Both the position numbers and the translations under genes were made by a program. 64,000 nt of DNA from contig CAYHNG010000003.1 of assembly GCA_964357975.1 (NCBI GenBank), forward strand, positions 393 through 64,392, written 5' to 3'. Shown piece after piece: positions 16,723 through 26,793 of this stretch. How positions within the stretch are numbered: the first letter of the stretch is position 1; each line of letters begins with the position of its first letter. Origin of the DNA: an uncultured Pseudomonadales bacterium (GTDB lineage: Bacteria; Patescibacteriota; Microgenomatia; UBA1400; MFAQ01). Under the pieces are notes generated by a model that saw nothing but the letters and a program-made list of their open reading frames with translations, did no database searches and was not told where the DNA came from.

Positions 16723-18375
16723 ATGAATAACGATCTGCTGGCGGAAATCAAAAATAAGATTGAGGGGGAAGTGCTAAACAGTGAGGAAGCTTTAACAGAA
16801 TATAGCCACGATGCCAGCTTGTTTGAAGTGAAACCGGAGGCGGTAGCATTTCCAAAGAATCAAAGGGATGTCGAAGAATTGGTGGAGATCGTAAAAAATA
16901 ACAAACAGAAGTTTCCGGACCTTTCTCTCACCGGACGGGCTGCGGGAACCGATATGTCCGGAGGACCACTCAACACTTCGATCATTGTGGAGTTCTCAAG
17001 ATATTTTAACCATCTGCCGCTTATTCAGGAAGTGTCGGCCGTGACCGAGCCGGGAGTGTTTTACCGTGACTTTGAAGCAGAAACCTTGAAACGAGGACTA
17101 CTATTCCCCTCTTATCCGGCCTCAAAATCCATCTGTGCTATGGGTGGAATAGTGAATAACAATTCGGGTGGTGAAAAATCTCTGAGATACGGCAAGACGC
17201 AAAACTATGTCCGGAAAGTGAGCGCCGTACTGGCCGACGGAAAGACCTATGAAATTAGACCTCTGAACAAAAAAGAATTGGAGGCGAAAATAAATCAGCA
17301 AGACTTTGAAGGTAGAATATTCGAACAGATTTACCGGTTGGTTTTGGATCATCAGGAAACAATCCTCAAATCACGACCCACGGTTCACAAAAATTCCGCG
17401 GGGTACAATCTCTGGGATATTTGGAACGAAGAAACCGAAATTTTTGACTTGACGAAACTTTGGGTGGGCGCACAGGGTACACTGGGACTAATGCTTTCGG
17501 CGGAAATCGGCTTGGTGCCGGTGCAAAAGAACCACCGAATGGTGGTGATATTCATGCCCAACATGGACTATTTGGGAGAAATAATTGAAAAGATTTTGCC
17601 TCTAGGGCCGGAGAGCTTTGAATCTTACGATGACAATACCCTAAAACTGGCACTGAGATATTTCCCGGAATTCGCTAAACAACTGGGGATCTATGGAATG
17701 ATCCAGGCGGGTTTGGCCTTCTTGCCGGCGTTTGCCATGATGGCTCTGGGTCATCTACCAAAACTGATTCTACAGGTGGACTTTGCCGGAGATACCCAAG
17801 AAGAATTAAAAAGCAAAGTAGATCGGCTGTTGTCCGAATTGAAACCATTAAACTTAAAAACTCAATTGGCGATTGGTGATCAGGCAAAAAAGTACTGGTT
17901 GGTACGACGAGAAAGCTTTAATTTGCTAAGAAACAAAATTAGAGATAAGCATACGGCCCCGTTTATCGATGATTTTGTGATTGACCCACAAAAAATTCAG
18001 ACAGTGTTGCCGGAGGTCACCAAGATCTTGGCGGAACATCCGGAGTTTATCTTTACGGTGGCCGGACACGTAGGTGAAGGGAATTTTCATATTATTCCAA
18101 TAGTAGACATCATGAATCCGGCTGTACGCACAGCCATTCCCGAGATTGCCGAACGAGTGTACAAAGTGATTACGGAAAATGGAGGGTCGATTACCGGTGA
18201 GCACAATGACGGACTAATTAGAACGCCTTACCTAAACCAGATGTTTGGAGAGGAGATGGTAAAGTTGTTTGAGCAGGTCAAAGATATTTTTGATCCTCAG
18301 GGAATCTTTAATCCCAGAAAAAAAGTGAGGGGCGACTTGAAGTTTGCGATGGCTCATATCCGGGAAAAGTGGTAG
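16723..18375 (+). CDS. FAD-linked oxidase (GlcD / D-lactate dehydrogenase family)
   Basis: 550 aa. FAD_binding_4 region LSLTGRAAGTDMSGGPL plus a C-terminal FAD-oxidase domain. Confidence 0.75.
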   Translation: MNNDLLAEIKNKIEGEVLNSEEALTEYSHDASLFEVKPEAVAFPKNQRDVEELVEIVKNNKQKFPDLSLTGRAAGTDMSGGPLNTSIIVEFSRYFNHLPLIQEVSAVTEPGVFYRDFEAETLKRGLLFPSYPASKSICAMGGIVNNNSGGEKSLRYGKTQNYVRKVSAVLADGKTYEIRPLNKKELEAKINQQDFEGRIFEQIYRLVLDHQETILKSRPTVHKNSAGYNLWDIWNEETEIFDLTKLWVGAQGTLGLMLSAEIGLVPVQKNHRMVVIFMPNMDYLGEIIEKILPLGPESFESYDDNTLKLALRYFPEFAKQLGIYGMIQAGLAFLPAFAMMALGHLPKLILQVDFAGDTQEELKSKVDRLLSELKPLNLKTQLAIGDQAKKYWLVRRESFNLLRNKIRDKHTAPFIDDFVIDPQKIQTVLPEVTKILAEHPEFIFTVAGHVGEGNFHIIPIVDIMNPAVRTAIPEIAERVYKVITENGGSITGEHNDGLIRTPYLNQMFGEEMVKLFEQVKDIFDPQGIFNPRKKVRGDLKFAMAHIREKW

Positions 18376-18395
18376 CATCCGACATGGGCGGATTG

Positions 18396-18432
18396 ATGAA
18401 TACATCAAAAAAAACCCTCACCATATAGATGA
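18396..18432 (-). terminator. Rho-independent terminator (hairpin CCCTCA-N9-TGAGGG followed by a T8 run on the minus strand)
   Basis: Directly downstream of the minus-strand gene ending at 18446. A G10/C10 tract lies at 18433-18442. Confidence 0.5.
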
Positions 18433-18445
18433 GGGGGGGGGGTGT

Positions 18446-19429
18446 TTAACGTCTTTTAAAAAGTTTGCGTGCGACCGGATTACTGTCGCTTTCCACAAAC
18501 TCGTCCAGATCAATAATCTCGTCAGAGGCTCTACCGCGACTTCCACGAGGGAGTTGACGAGGTGTTACATGGTCACCGGGAAGTTGTTCGTATTCGTCAT
18601 ATCCATCAGGGAGATAATCGCGTCGTCTTTGAGCAGCGAGCGCTTGCTGACCAACCCTGCCCATCTCGCGCATGACAGCAGCTCCACCCGGAGTTCCATC
18701 CCCGAGATAAGTTCCAGAGAAGCCGCCATCAGGGTCGACCTTCATATGGGCGAAATGCCGATAACGGTCAGTGATTATTTTTATAATGATGATGAAGAAG
18801 TAACCACTGATAGCGCCATAAAGGCCTCTGATAACTATCGCAGAAACCCCCTCAGGAGCAAAGGCCGCAAAAGAGAAGGCAGCCACAATAAAGAGGACGA
18901 TGGCGCCCCACTTGCCTGCCTTGCTGCGTACAATGACAATAGCTAGAATGCCGGCAAAGAGTGCCCCGACTAAATTGAAACCCCAGCGAGGATCCTGTGA
19001 CCCGACGAGACCGGCGATTTTAATCATCGTGAGGTCTAGAGGGCTGTAAGGAGTCCAATCAACCGAGATTTCGGTGGAGACGACCTCGCCATTCAACTTA
19101 TACACCTCGGCCCTAAGCACATGGACACCTGTGCCCTTGAGTTCTACGTTGTTACAGGGATTGATGATACCGGGCTGGAGCCAGCAGATGTATGGCCCAG
19201 TGTTATCAACATAGATTTGGGCTTCTTTAGGATCTTGGAAACTGGAGAAAATAGAAACCGAGATCGAGAGTATTCCTTGCTCGTCCGGATCGTGGAAGGT
19301 GGCGAAACCCTTGTCTGAAACAGTGGGAACTTTGAACGAGATCTCGCCTGTTTCCGGAGGGGGTCCACAGCTGGACAGAAAAAGTGTCAAAAATAGCACC
19401 AAAATCGTAACAAAGGAAATTCTCTTCAC
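18446..19429 (-). CDS. hypothetical lipoprotein/membrane protein
   Basis: 327 aa. Lipobox-like LFLSSC plus two TM helices, with a disordered basic C-terminus. Confidence 0.5.
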   Translation of the reverse strand: MKRISFVTILVLFLTLFLSSCGPPPETGEISFKVPTVSDKGFATFHDPDEQGILSISVSIFSSFQDPKEAQIYVDNTGPYICWLQPGIINPCNNVELKGTGVHVLRAEVYKLNGEVVSTEISVDWTPYSPLDLTMIKIAGLVGSQDPRWGFNLVGALFAGILAIVIVRSKAGKWGAIVLFIVAAFSFAAFAPEGVSAIVIRGLYGAISGYFFIIIIKIITDRYRHFAHMKVDPDGGFSGTYLGDGTPGGAAVMREMGRVGQQALAAQRRRDYLPDGYDEYEQLPGDHVTPRQLPRGSRGRASDEIIDLDEFVESDSNPVARKLFKRR

Positions 19430-19502
19430 AAAACACCTCCTACAGGCTCGTTTTTTTAAGGAAGCCAGAATAGGGAGATTCTATCCTATAGGCACAGGCA
19501 AG

Positions 19503-20021
19503 TCAACTTTTGCTTTGTTTTTGGAGGGTGGCAATGTCTTTTTGGAGGTCCTGTAGCCTCAACTCCATGTCTTTGAGCACAGAGACCATATCCACGTCAT
19601 CTGTAGTGTCCTCACTGACGTCCTCCTGAATGTCGTCGATATTTTCCTGAATATCGTCAATATCGCGCTCGACTCCGGCAAGACTCTCGGTGGTTCGATT
19701 GACGGTCATCTGGATAAAGATGGCTAGGTAAATAGCTTCCAACGAGACAGCTGTGGTGAGAATTAAAAGGATTTCTTCAGTCGAAGATCCAAAGAAGCGT
19801 AAAGAAAAAATACCGACAAAAAGAACGGTGTGAATTAGAATGGATCTATTGGTACCAATATGGTAGGTCGCTTTTTGGGAGACTCGATCAAGGAAATTGC
19901 TCGGTATTTTTTTCACTACTTCATTGTCGCACCGATAGATGGATTTGTCATTTAGAAAATGTCTTCCGGGGGAAGGAATTCTTCTCCATTGGCGGGAGGG
20001 TTGAAGTTCCCTTTGAGCCAC
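19503..20021 (-). CDS. hypothetical membrane protein with an acidic coiled-coil C-terminus
   Basis: 172 aa. Its 5' end overlaps the upstream ORF by 70 nt, so the true start may be internal or non-ATG. Confidence 0.4.
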   Translation of the reverse strand: MAQRELQPSRQWRRIPSPGRHFLNDKSIYRCDNEVVKKIPSNFLDRVSQKATYHIGTNRSILIHTVLFVGIFSLRFFGSSTEEILLILTTAVSLEAIYLAIFIQMTVNRTTESLAGVERDIDDIQENIDDIQEDVSEDTTDDVDMVSVLKDMELRLQDLQKDIATLQKQSKS

Positions 20022-20479
20022 TGGACATAATCACAGCCGGTGGCTTTTTTGGCATCCCTATCCCAGCCAGAGGTAGAGCACTTCTTGAGTCGCTTGCCGG
20101 CGGCAGTTGTAAATAAGACTAATGGTTCACCACATTGGGGGCATTTTTCGTCTAACTTTTCAGTGGTACCATTGATCCATTCGACATAGTCACAACCTTC
20201 GGAGGTTTTGGTTTCTTTGTTCCAAATATTGGTACTGCACTTTTTCATTTTTTTACCAAAACGAGTGACCTGAAGGATTAAGGGTGAACCACATTTGGGG
20301 CATTTTTCGTCTAAGGTCTGTGGCTCGACCTCTAACCATTTGACGTAGTCGCATCCTTCCGACTTTTTGGTTTCTTTATTCCAACTACCGGTGCTGCAAC
20401 GCTGGAGTCTTTTACCTGAGGGGGTTTCTACTATTTCTCCGAGAGGAGAACCGCATTTGGGGCATTTTTCGTCTGACAT
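19952..20479 (-). CDS. protein with three tandem topoisomerase-I-type C4 zinc ribbons (YrdD-like)
   Basis: 175 aa. Three repeats of CPKCGSPL...GK(R/K)..(R/K)CST..W......GCDYV. Confidence 0.65.
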   Translation of the reverse strand: MSDEKCPKCGSPLGEIVETPSGKRLQRCSTGSWNKETKKSEGCDYVKWLEVEPQTLDEKCPKCGSPLILQVTRFGKKMKKCSTNIWNKETKTSEGCDYVEWINGTTEKLDEKCPQCGEPLVLFTTAAGKRLKKCSTSGWDRDAKKATGCDYVQWLKGNFNPPANGEEFLPPEDIF

Positions 20480-20529
20480 AACTACTAGAGTAACACTTTG
20501 ATAACAAAAATGAAAGTGAGTGACACGTT

Positions 20530-20856
20530 CTAGTTTTCGGACTGGAGGTCGAGAATAATCATTTTGACCAGCTTGTCCGCTTCAAAACGGATTTCATCCT
20601 CAATATTGGGACCAACATGGGTCTTTAAATAGGAAATTATTTCCGGATCATAAGGCCTTTCGTGAACAATAGACAAAAAAGTGTGGTGGTGATGTGGCTC
20701 CAGTTTGTCCAAAATTAAACTAATGATACCTTGAAAAAGGATATCATCGATCAACTGAAGGGTTTTGCCTTTATGATTTTCTGCACCTTCAATGTCGTGC
20801 AATTGTTCTTCGAGCTCTGTTCTGACAACGAGATGGTCGTAAAAGAGGATGGACAT
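20530..20856 (-). CDS. hypothetical protein
   Basis: 108 aa. No recognised domain. Confidence 0.4.
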   Translation of the reverse strand: MSILFYDHLVVRTELEEQLHDIEGAENHKGKTLQLIDDILFQGIISLILDKLEPHHHHTFLSIVHERPYDPEIISYLKTHVGPNIEDEIRFEADKLVKMIILDLQSEN

Positions 20857-20894
20857 AGGAGGGTGGTTATTGATTGATTGTTTTTGGTTATTAG

Positions 20895-21776
20895 TTATTG
20901 GTTGATTGGACCCAGAGGGATTTTATTATCGGGATCATCGACAAAAAGCATCAGGACAAGACCTTTGCGAGGACCCTTGTTCAAATCCAAGTATTGCATG
21001 GTTTCCGGTGAACCACCAAATTGTTTCCCCGTCCAGTCGGCCGGTCCGGCATCTCCGATATCACAAACGACAGCTAGTCCGTTGACCGGATTAATGACGA
21101 TCATTTTGCGAAAAGCATACCAATCTTTGAGAAACTTATGATCACGATTCCAGCTTTCGAGATACAAGGTTTGAACGACACAATAATATTTTTCTCTTTG
21201 ATATTCGCGGGTAGTGAAACTGCCGGAGTCTTTGGCGAAATAGCCAAAGGCGCCTCGACCCGGAGCGATACCCGCCTCCTGAATTTCGTCGTGCTGAGCC
21301 AAAGTATCGCCAGGAAAACGAAACAGATGTTGCTCGAAACCAATATATCCCAAATGATGATTGAGAGATTGATCATCCAAAACTGCTTTGGCAGTAATGC
21401 CGGTGTTTTCAAAAATAATCTTCTCAACTTTTTCGGCAGAATCGGGAGTAAGTTTGGTCGGCTGGTGAGGCAAGAGCTCCTGCAAACCAGTCATTAATTT
21501 TTGTCTGACGGTGAGCTTGTTCTCAACTGGTTGGGATTGAGTAGTTCCGGGCGACACGGCACTGACCGATAAATCGGAAGGGGTGGGCATAGTGAGAATA
21601 GCGCCGATCAGACCGGCACCGGCCAATAGTTGACCGGATCTTTGCCGCAGACGGAAAGCAATTAGATTTGATTTGGTAAAAAATTTCTTGGACGCCGAAT
21701 GGCTGAGAAGCTTATGTCGAAGTGTATTGGATCTTTTTTCAAGCTTTTCAATCGACTGGAGAAAGTTGGTAGCCAT
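20895..21776 (-). CDS. membrane-anchored protein with an RlpA-like double-psi beta-barrel (3D/DPBB) domain
   Basis: 293 aa. The C-terminal MIVINPVNGLAVVCDIGDAGP...YLDL resembles the RlpA DPBB (V.V.N..NG.SV.VR.NDRGP). Confidence 0.4.
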   Translation of the reverse strand: MATNFLQSIEKLEKRSNTLRHKLLSHSASKKFFTKSNLIAFRLRQRSGQLLAGAGLIGAILTMPTPSDLSVSAVSPGTTQSQPVENKLTVRQKLMTGLQELLPHQPTKLTPDSAEKVEKIIFENTGITAKAVLDDQSLNHHLGYIGFEQHLFRFPGDTLAQHDEIQEAGIAPGRGAFGYFAKDSGSFTTREYQREKYYCVVQTLYLESWNRDHKFLKDWYAFRKMIVINPVNGLAVVCDIGDAGPADWTGKQFGGSPETMQYLDLNKGPRKGLVLMLFVDDPDNKIPLGPINQ

Positions 21777-21780
21777 AGGA

Positions 21781-23202
21781 TTAAGAAAAAATGGAAGATA
21801 ACCGGTTGAGGGTTTCTTCTTGACCTAAGATAACCATACAATCAAAAAGTGGTGGGGTGATGGAACGACCAGAAATAGCTACCCGGAGGGACATAAAAGC
21901 CTCTTTAGGAGAGAATCCAGAAGCAACCTGAGCTTTGGCCAACTCTTCATGGAGAACCGTTGAATTAAAATCCGATATATCTTTGATCACGGATTTGGCC
22001 GTCTCAAACCAATTTATAGTTTCTTTTTCCGTACGACCGGATTGATCCAAAACCGACTGAGCACTGACTGTGGGAGCCTTGAAAAAATATTCCGCCGCCG
22101 GGGCAAAATCCCTCAGAGTAAACATCCTTTCCTTGACCAGCATCAGGATTTGTTTGACTTTGTCATCATTCCAATCAGCCGGGATGTAGGCACTTAATCT
22201 TTGGAATAGATCTTCGGTAGGCATTTTTTTGATCCATTGACTGTTGAGATAATTTAACCGCTGAATATCAAAGATGGCGTTTTGTCTTTGAATTCTCTTT
22301 TCGTCAAATATAGCGACCATCTCAGGGAGGGTAAGAAGATCGGAATTGTCCTTGTAGGAGAAGCCGAGAAAAAAAAGAAAATTGTTTATGGCTTCGGGTA
22401 GATAACCATCCTCGGCATATTCCAAAACAGATTTAGCACCATGCCGCTTGGAGAGTTTGGTTTTGTCAGGACCTAAAAGAAGTGGTACGTGGGCCAGTAC
22501 GGGGGGCTCCCACCCCAAAGCCTCGAAAAGAAAAATATGGATGGGGGTCGAGGCGAGCCATTCGACACCGCGAAGGACATGACTAATTTTCATGAGATGA
22601 TCGTCAACAACTACGGCCAAGTGATAGGTAGGAATGCCGTTAGTTTTCATCAGGACTTTGTCGTCACATTCATTGTTTGGCAGGCTTAATTTTCCCTGTA
22701 CCAGATCATGCCAGATGGTGAAACCGGTCTCGGGAAGCTTCGCCCGCAAGACATGAGGGGCGCCTGAGGCTAACTGTTTTTGGATCTCATCTTTGGAGAG
22801 GTTTCTGCAGTGACGGTCGTATTTAGCGTATTGATCTTTTTCGTGCAGTGCCTTAAGTCTATCTTCGGAACAGAAACAATAATACGCTGCGCCGGTATCT
22901 ACAAGAAGATGGGCGTATTTTTGGTAGATTTCGAGCCTTTCGGTTTGGATGTATGGACCATAAGGGCCACCGGAGAGAGGATCTTCATCCCTTTTCAAAC
23001 CTAAGAAATCAAAGATTTGATAAATTTTTTCGGTGGATTCAGGAACAAGACGATTTTGATCGGTGTCTTCAATACGTAAAATGAATTCACCACCGTATTT
23101 TTTTGCCAGAAGATAATCGTAAAGGGCAGTCCTAGTGTTGCCGATATGCGGAACACCTGTGGGAGAAGGAGCAATTCTAGTTCTGACGTGCGTATCGGTC
23201 AT
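21781..23202 (-). CDS. gltX: glutamyl-tRNA synthetase
   Basis: HIGH motif PSPTGVPHIGN and KMSKS-like KLSKR. The start was set to the internal MTDTHVRTRIAP at 23202. The track ORF extends a further 39 codons to 23319. Confidence 0.85.
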   Translation of the reverse strand: MTDTHVRTRIAPSPTGVPHIGNTRTALYDYLLAKKYGGEFILRIEDTDQNRLVPESTEKIYQIFDFLGLKRDEDPLSGGPYGPYIQTERLEIYQKYAHLLVDTGAAYYCFCSEDRLKALHEKDQYAKYDRHCRNLSKDEIQKQLASGAPHVLRAKLPETGFTIWHDLVQGKLSLPNNECDDKVLMKTNGIPTYHLAVVVDDHLMKISHVLRGVEWLASTPIHIFLFEALGWEPPVLAHVPLLLGPDKTKLSKRHGAKSVLEYAEDGYLPEAINNFLFFLGFSYKDNSDLLTLPEMVAIFDEKRIQRQNAIFDIQRLNYLNSQWIKKMPTEDLFQRLSAYIPADWNDDKVKQILMLVKERMFTLRDFAPAAEYFFKAPTVSAQSVLDQSGRTEKETINWFETAKSVIKDISDFNSTVLHEELAKAQVASGFSPKEAFMSLRVAISGRSITPPLFDCMVILGQEETLNRLSSIFS

Positions 23203-23227
23203 ATGGATAGTATACTTTATTAAGACT

Positions 23228-24310
23228 ATGGCTACACTAACCGAAGCTTCCGTGGTGGCAAGAAATACAATTAAGTGGGGCTCAATTGGGTTTGTAGGGA
23301 TCACGATACTTTGGTACATCGGCGTGGCCGCGCTAAATTATTACAAACTACTGAACCCACCACCGCTTCCTCCGGCAGCAGTCAGTTTTGGGATTTTGCC
23401 CGGTGTCAGTTTCCCGGAAAGTAAGGACCGGCCAAAGATGCTTTTGGAGTTGCCGACCGGAGCGATACCCGCCTTTCCGGACCGGTTGAGAGTTTATTGG
23501 GCACCCACTAAGCGAAGTGGCTTTGCGGATGCCGATACAGCAGTGGATACGGCGACAGCGCTTGGTTTTCTTTTTAAACCCTTTCAGCCAACCGAGACCG
23601 ATTATATCTGGACAAATCAAGATCAGCTGAGTTCAAAGCTGGAAATGAACATTATTTCCGGACATTTTGTCTTGTCACGGCAGTGGCAGAACAATCCGGC
23701 TTTGGCGGCGATGGGAAATTTCCAGTCCGATAAACAAGTGATTACCGAGACGGAGAATTATGCCAAAAGGATTGGTCTACTAAATGATGATGCCGTGGGG
23801 GTGGAGAAAGTGACTTATCTGAAAAACGATGCCTCAAAATTGGTGTCCGCTTTATCGCTCTCCGATGCGGACTTTGTACAGCTGGACTTATTTAGAAGGA
23901 ATATCGACGAGATTGACCCCAATAGCAAGTCAAAAGAAATAATGGCCAGCTATCCATTCTACAGAACAGATCCTTCAAAAGGGCTCGTCCGAGTAGTGGT
24001 GAGTGGATCAAAGATTCAAAACGAAAAAATTGTCTATATGGATTATGAATACACCGATATTGATTACGCCAAGAACGGAACGTACCCAATAAAAACTGGC
24101 GAGGAGGCATGGGAGGAACTGTCTAAAGGGGGCGGATTTGTAACACCAATTGGGCCAAGATCGGGTGAGATCAAGATCCGCCGAGTCTTTTTGGGCTATT
24201 ACGACTCCAACGAAAACCAAAAATATGCCATGCCAATTTATGTCTTCTTGGGAGATCAGGGTTTTACTGCCTATGTCAGTGCAGTAAGAAACGAATGGAT
24301 TGCAAAATAG
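23228..24310 (+). CDS. hypothetical secreted/membrane-anchored protein
   Basis: Start moved to MATLTEASVV to avoid overlap with gltX. TM segment, then a Pro-rich stretch. Confidence 0.45.
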   Translation: MATLTEASVVARNTIKWGSIGFVGITILWYIGVAALNYYKLLNPPPLPPAAVSFGILPGVSFPESKDRPKMLLELPTGAIPAFPDRLRVYWAPTKRSGFADADTAVDTATALGFLFKPFQPTETDYIWTNQDQLSSKLEMNIISGHFVLSRQWQNNPALAAMGNFQSDKQVITETENYAKRIGLLNDDAVGVEKVTYLKNDASKLVSALSLSDADFVQLDLFRRNIDEIDPNSKSKEIMASYPFYRTDPSKGLVRVVVSGSKIQNEKIVYMDYEYTDIDYAKNGTYPIKTGEEAWEELSKGGGFVTPIGPRSGEIKIRRVFLGYYDSNENQKYAMPIYVFLGDQGFTAYVSAVRNEWIAK

Positions 24311-25249
24311 TTACTGCCAAGTAAAGCTGGAGTAAACCCAGTTGACCAGTTTTTCACCTTCACCAAAACGATCCTGGCTGTTAAGCAAACTGAGGAGGAT
24401 CTTGTGACCGTCTCGCTCGGCCAGTATCACCAAACATTCACCCGCTTCCGGAGTCCAACCGGTTTTGACACCTAAGATACCGGGTTGGCCAAGTAGGATG
24501 TTGGTGGAAACCAATGGGTAGAGATGACCTTTTAAACTTTGAAGCGTGATATTTTTGGTGGAGACGATGGTAGAAAAACGTTGTCGATCGAGAGCACTCC
24601 TGGCAATCATGGCAATGTCATAAGCGGTTGTGAAATGGTCGGAGCTCTCGACACCGGAAACGTTGACGAAATGAGTATTCTTCAAGCCCAGTTCGGCTAC
24701 TTTCTGATTCATTTTTTCCAAGAAAATCCGGTAACCTCCGGGGTAGTTCTCGGCCAACGTCACGGCGGCATCATTACCTGAAGGGACGAGTAAGGCATAA
24801 AGAATGTCTGAGGCAGTGAGCTCGTCCCCTTTTATCAGATCGACGGTGTTTCCGAGCGAAGCTTGGCCATTAACCACTTTGAGAACCGAATCATCCTGGA
24901 AGTAATCCATGGCGACAAGAGAAGTCATGATTTTGGTAAGCGAGGCGGGCTTGAGGGGAAGGTGAGGGTTTTTATCATAAAGAATAGTACCGGAGACAAA
25001 ATCCATAACAAAGACTCCTTGTGCCGTTAGTTCGGGGACACCGGAACCGGTGAGTACCGGGAGCTTGGTTTCGGAAACGTAAGCGGCCTTGACAACCGGT
25101 TTGGTAAGGACAGGGACTTTTCCAATGACCGGAGAAAGAATAAAAAAAAGGCAGATACCGACGAGGGAGGAAATATTGATCAATGATCTAAAAAGATGGC
25201 CACCGCGCTGGGCGGCAGGGTGATGATGCTGATGTTTATTTTTTTTCAT
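24311..25249 (-). CDS. D-alanyl-D-alanine carboxypeptidase (peptidase S11, PBP5/6-like)
   Basis: 312 aa. SxxK active site ASLTK, SGN-type PSGND motif. Confidence 0.75.
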   Translation of the reverse strand: MKKNKHQHHHPAAQRGGHLFRSLINISSLVGICLFFILSPVIGKVPVLTKPVVKAAYVSETKLPVLTGSGVPELTAQGVFVMDFVSGTILYDKNPHLPLKPASLTKIMTSLVAMDYFQDDSVLKVVNGQASLGNTVDLIKGDELTASDILYALLVPSGNDAAVTLAENYPGGYRIFLEKMNQKVAELGLKNTHFVNVSGVESSDHFTTAYDIAMIARSALDRQRFSTIVSTKNITLQSLKGHLYPLVSTNILLGQPGILGVKTGWTPEAGECLVILAERDGHKILLSLLNSQDRFGEGEKLVNWVYSSFTWQ

Positions 25250-25263
25250 GAGGCCATATCATT

Positions 25264-26754
25264 TTATACCCCATGACCTTTTTCGAGTGCCTTTTTTATC
25301 TCGAGTTTGGCTTTGTGTGTTTTGACAAAACGCAACCAATTTTTGTTGGGGTACTTTGATTTTTTGGATTTGATGATCTCGACGACGTCCCCACTTTTAA
25401 GTTTGGCATCAATGGTGGCGATACGATTATTGACTTTGGCTGTTTGGATAAAGAAACCAAGACCGGAATGAACATTGAAAGCGTAGTCGACGGGGGTGGA
25501 ATTTTCCGGAAGATCGTAAACGTCTCCTTTGGGGGAAAAGACGTAGATGTGATGGGAAAGTGCATCAAGGTGAAAGTCTTTAACCGTTTCTTGCTCGGAG
25601 AACATCTGTTCTTTCCAGCCCGCCAGTTGCTTGACCCAATCATACTTATTCCCTAATTTGAAGGAGGTTCCTTTTTCCAACCTGTCTCCGTCCACCCCTT
25701 CTGTTTTGGCTTGTGAGTAGGCAAAATGAGCGGCGGCTCCATATTCGGCTTGAGTGTGCATATCTTCCGATCTGATCTGGATTTCGATGACCTGCCCTTT
25801 ATGATCAAAAATCTTAGTATGAATAGACTGATAACCATTGGGCTTAGGTTGAGAAATGAAATCAGAAATACCTAGATGAGGCACCGGTTTCCAATATTGA
25901 TGAATTACCCCCAGAGCCGAATAACATGAAGCAGTGTCTCTGGTAATAATCCGGATAGCCATTAGGTCATGGACCGAGTTGATGTCAAAATTTATTTCAG
26001 GTCTTTGTAATTTCCGATAGAGACTGTATAAATGTTTTGGGCGGCCATCTACCCGAGCAGTAATTTGATGTTTGGATAACTGCTGACGAATACGATTCAA
26101 AATCTCTTGGGTGTTTTCTTTGGCATAAGTCACCCTGTTGGAGGCAAATTCTTTGATCCATTGGTACTCTTCGGGGTACACGTATGGGAAGACAAGATCC
26201 TCCAATTCACTCTTGGCTTTTCCCATACCCAGCCTTTCGGCAAGAGGAGCATAAATCTCCAGTGTTTCTAAGGCGATGGGCCGCTGTTTTTCTACGGGCA
26301 GGCCATGAAGAGTCATAATGTTGTGACGGCGATCGGCAAGACGAATGAGAATGGCGCGCAGATCCTTCGCCATGTAGACGAACATTTTTCTCAAATTTTC
26401 CAAGAATTCAACATCTTGACTTCCTCTCAAACGAACTTGTCCGACTAAGTTAACCCCATCTACGAGGTGCGCAACCTCCCAGCCGAACTCCTTTTCAATC
26501 TCGGCGATCGTGATACCACTCATCTCCGGAAGATCATGGAGGAGACCTGCCTCAATGCTCAACTGATCCAGACGCCAGCTGGCTAAAGTGTGGGCGATAT
26601 TGAGAGGATGGGTGATATAGGGATCGCCGGTCTTCCGAGTTTGTCCCAAATGTTTTTCTGCAGCATAATGGTAGACCTGTTCCAAGTGGTGATGATTGAT
26701 GTCTCCACGATGAAGGCCGGCTTCGTCAAGAATATCCTTGAGAGTGAGTTCCAC
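25264..26754 (-). CDS. (p)ppGpp synthetase/hydrolase of the RelA/SpoT family, short form
   Basis: 496 aa. HD hydrolase domain (HPLNIAHTL, LHDL), synthetase domain, and a TGS-like C-terminus. Confidence 0.8.
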   Translation of the reverse strand: MELTLKDILDEAGLHRGDINHHHLEQVYHYAAEKHLGQTRKTGDPYITHPLNIAHTLASWRLDQLSIEAGLLHDLPEMSGITIAEIEKEFGWEVAHLVDGVNLVGQVRLRGSQDVEFLENLRKMFVYMAKDLRAILIRLADRRHNIMTLHGLPVEKQRPIALETLEIYAPLAERLGMGKAKSELEDLVFPYVYPEEYQWIKEFASNRVTYAKENTQEILNRIRQQLSKHQITARVDGRPKHLYSLYRKLQRPEINFDINSVHDLMAIRIITRDTASCYSALGVIHQYWKPVPHLGISDFISQPKPNGYQSIHTKIFDHKGQVIEIQIRSEDMHTQAEYGAAAHFAYSQAKTEGVDGDRLEKGTSFKLGNKYDWVKQLAGWKEQMFSEQETVKDFHLDALSHHIYVFSPKGDVYDLPENSTPVDYAFNVHSGLGFFIQTAKVNNRIATIDAKLKSGDVVEIIKSKKSKYPNKNWLRFVKTHKAKLEIKKALEKGHGV

Positions 26755-26793
26755 AACGCTATTCTACCTGATGTTGCGTGATATGATTTAAGC

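Noticed and set aside
18433-18442. G10 homopolymer as a phase-variation tract
   Set aside because: It lies in the 3' UTR or terminator after the stop at 18446-18448, not in coding or promoter-spacer sequence, so slippage would not switch a gene on or off.
23203-23319. 39-codon N-terminal extension of GluRS in the ORF track
   Set aside because: The conserved GluRS N-terminus begins at the internal MTDTHVRTRIAPSPTG. The extension overlaps the divergent neighbour and has no similarity to GluRS.
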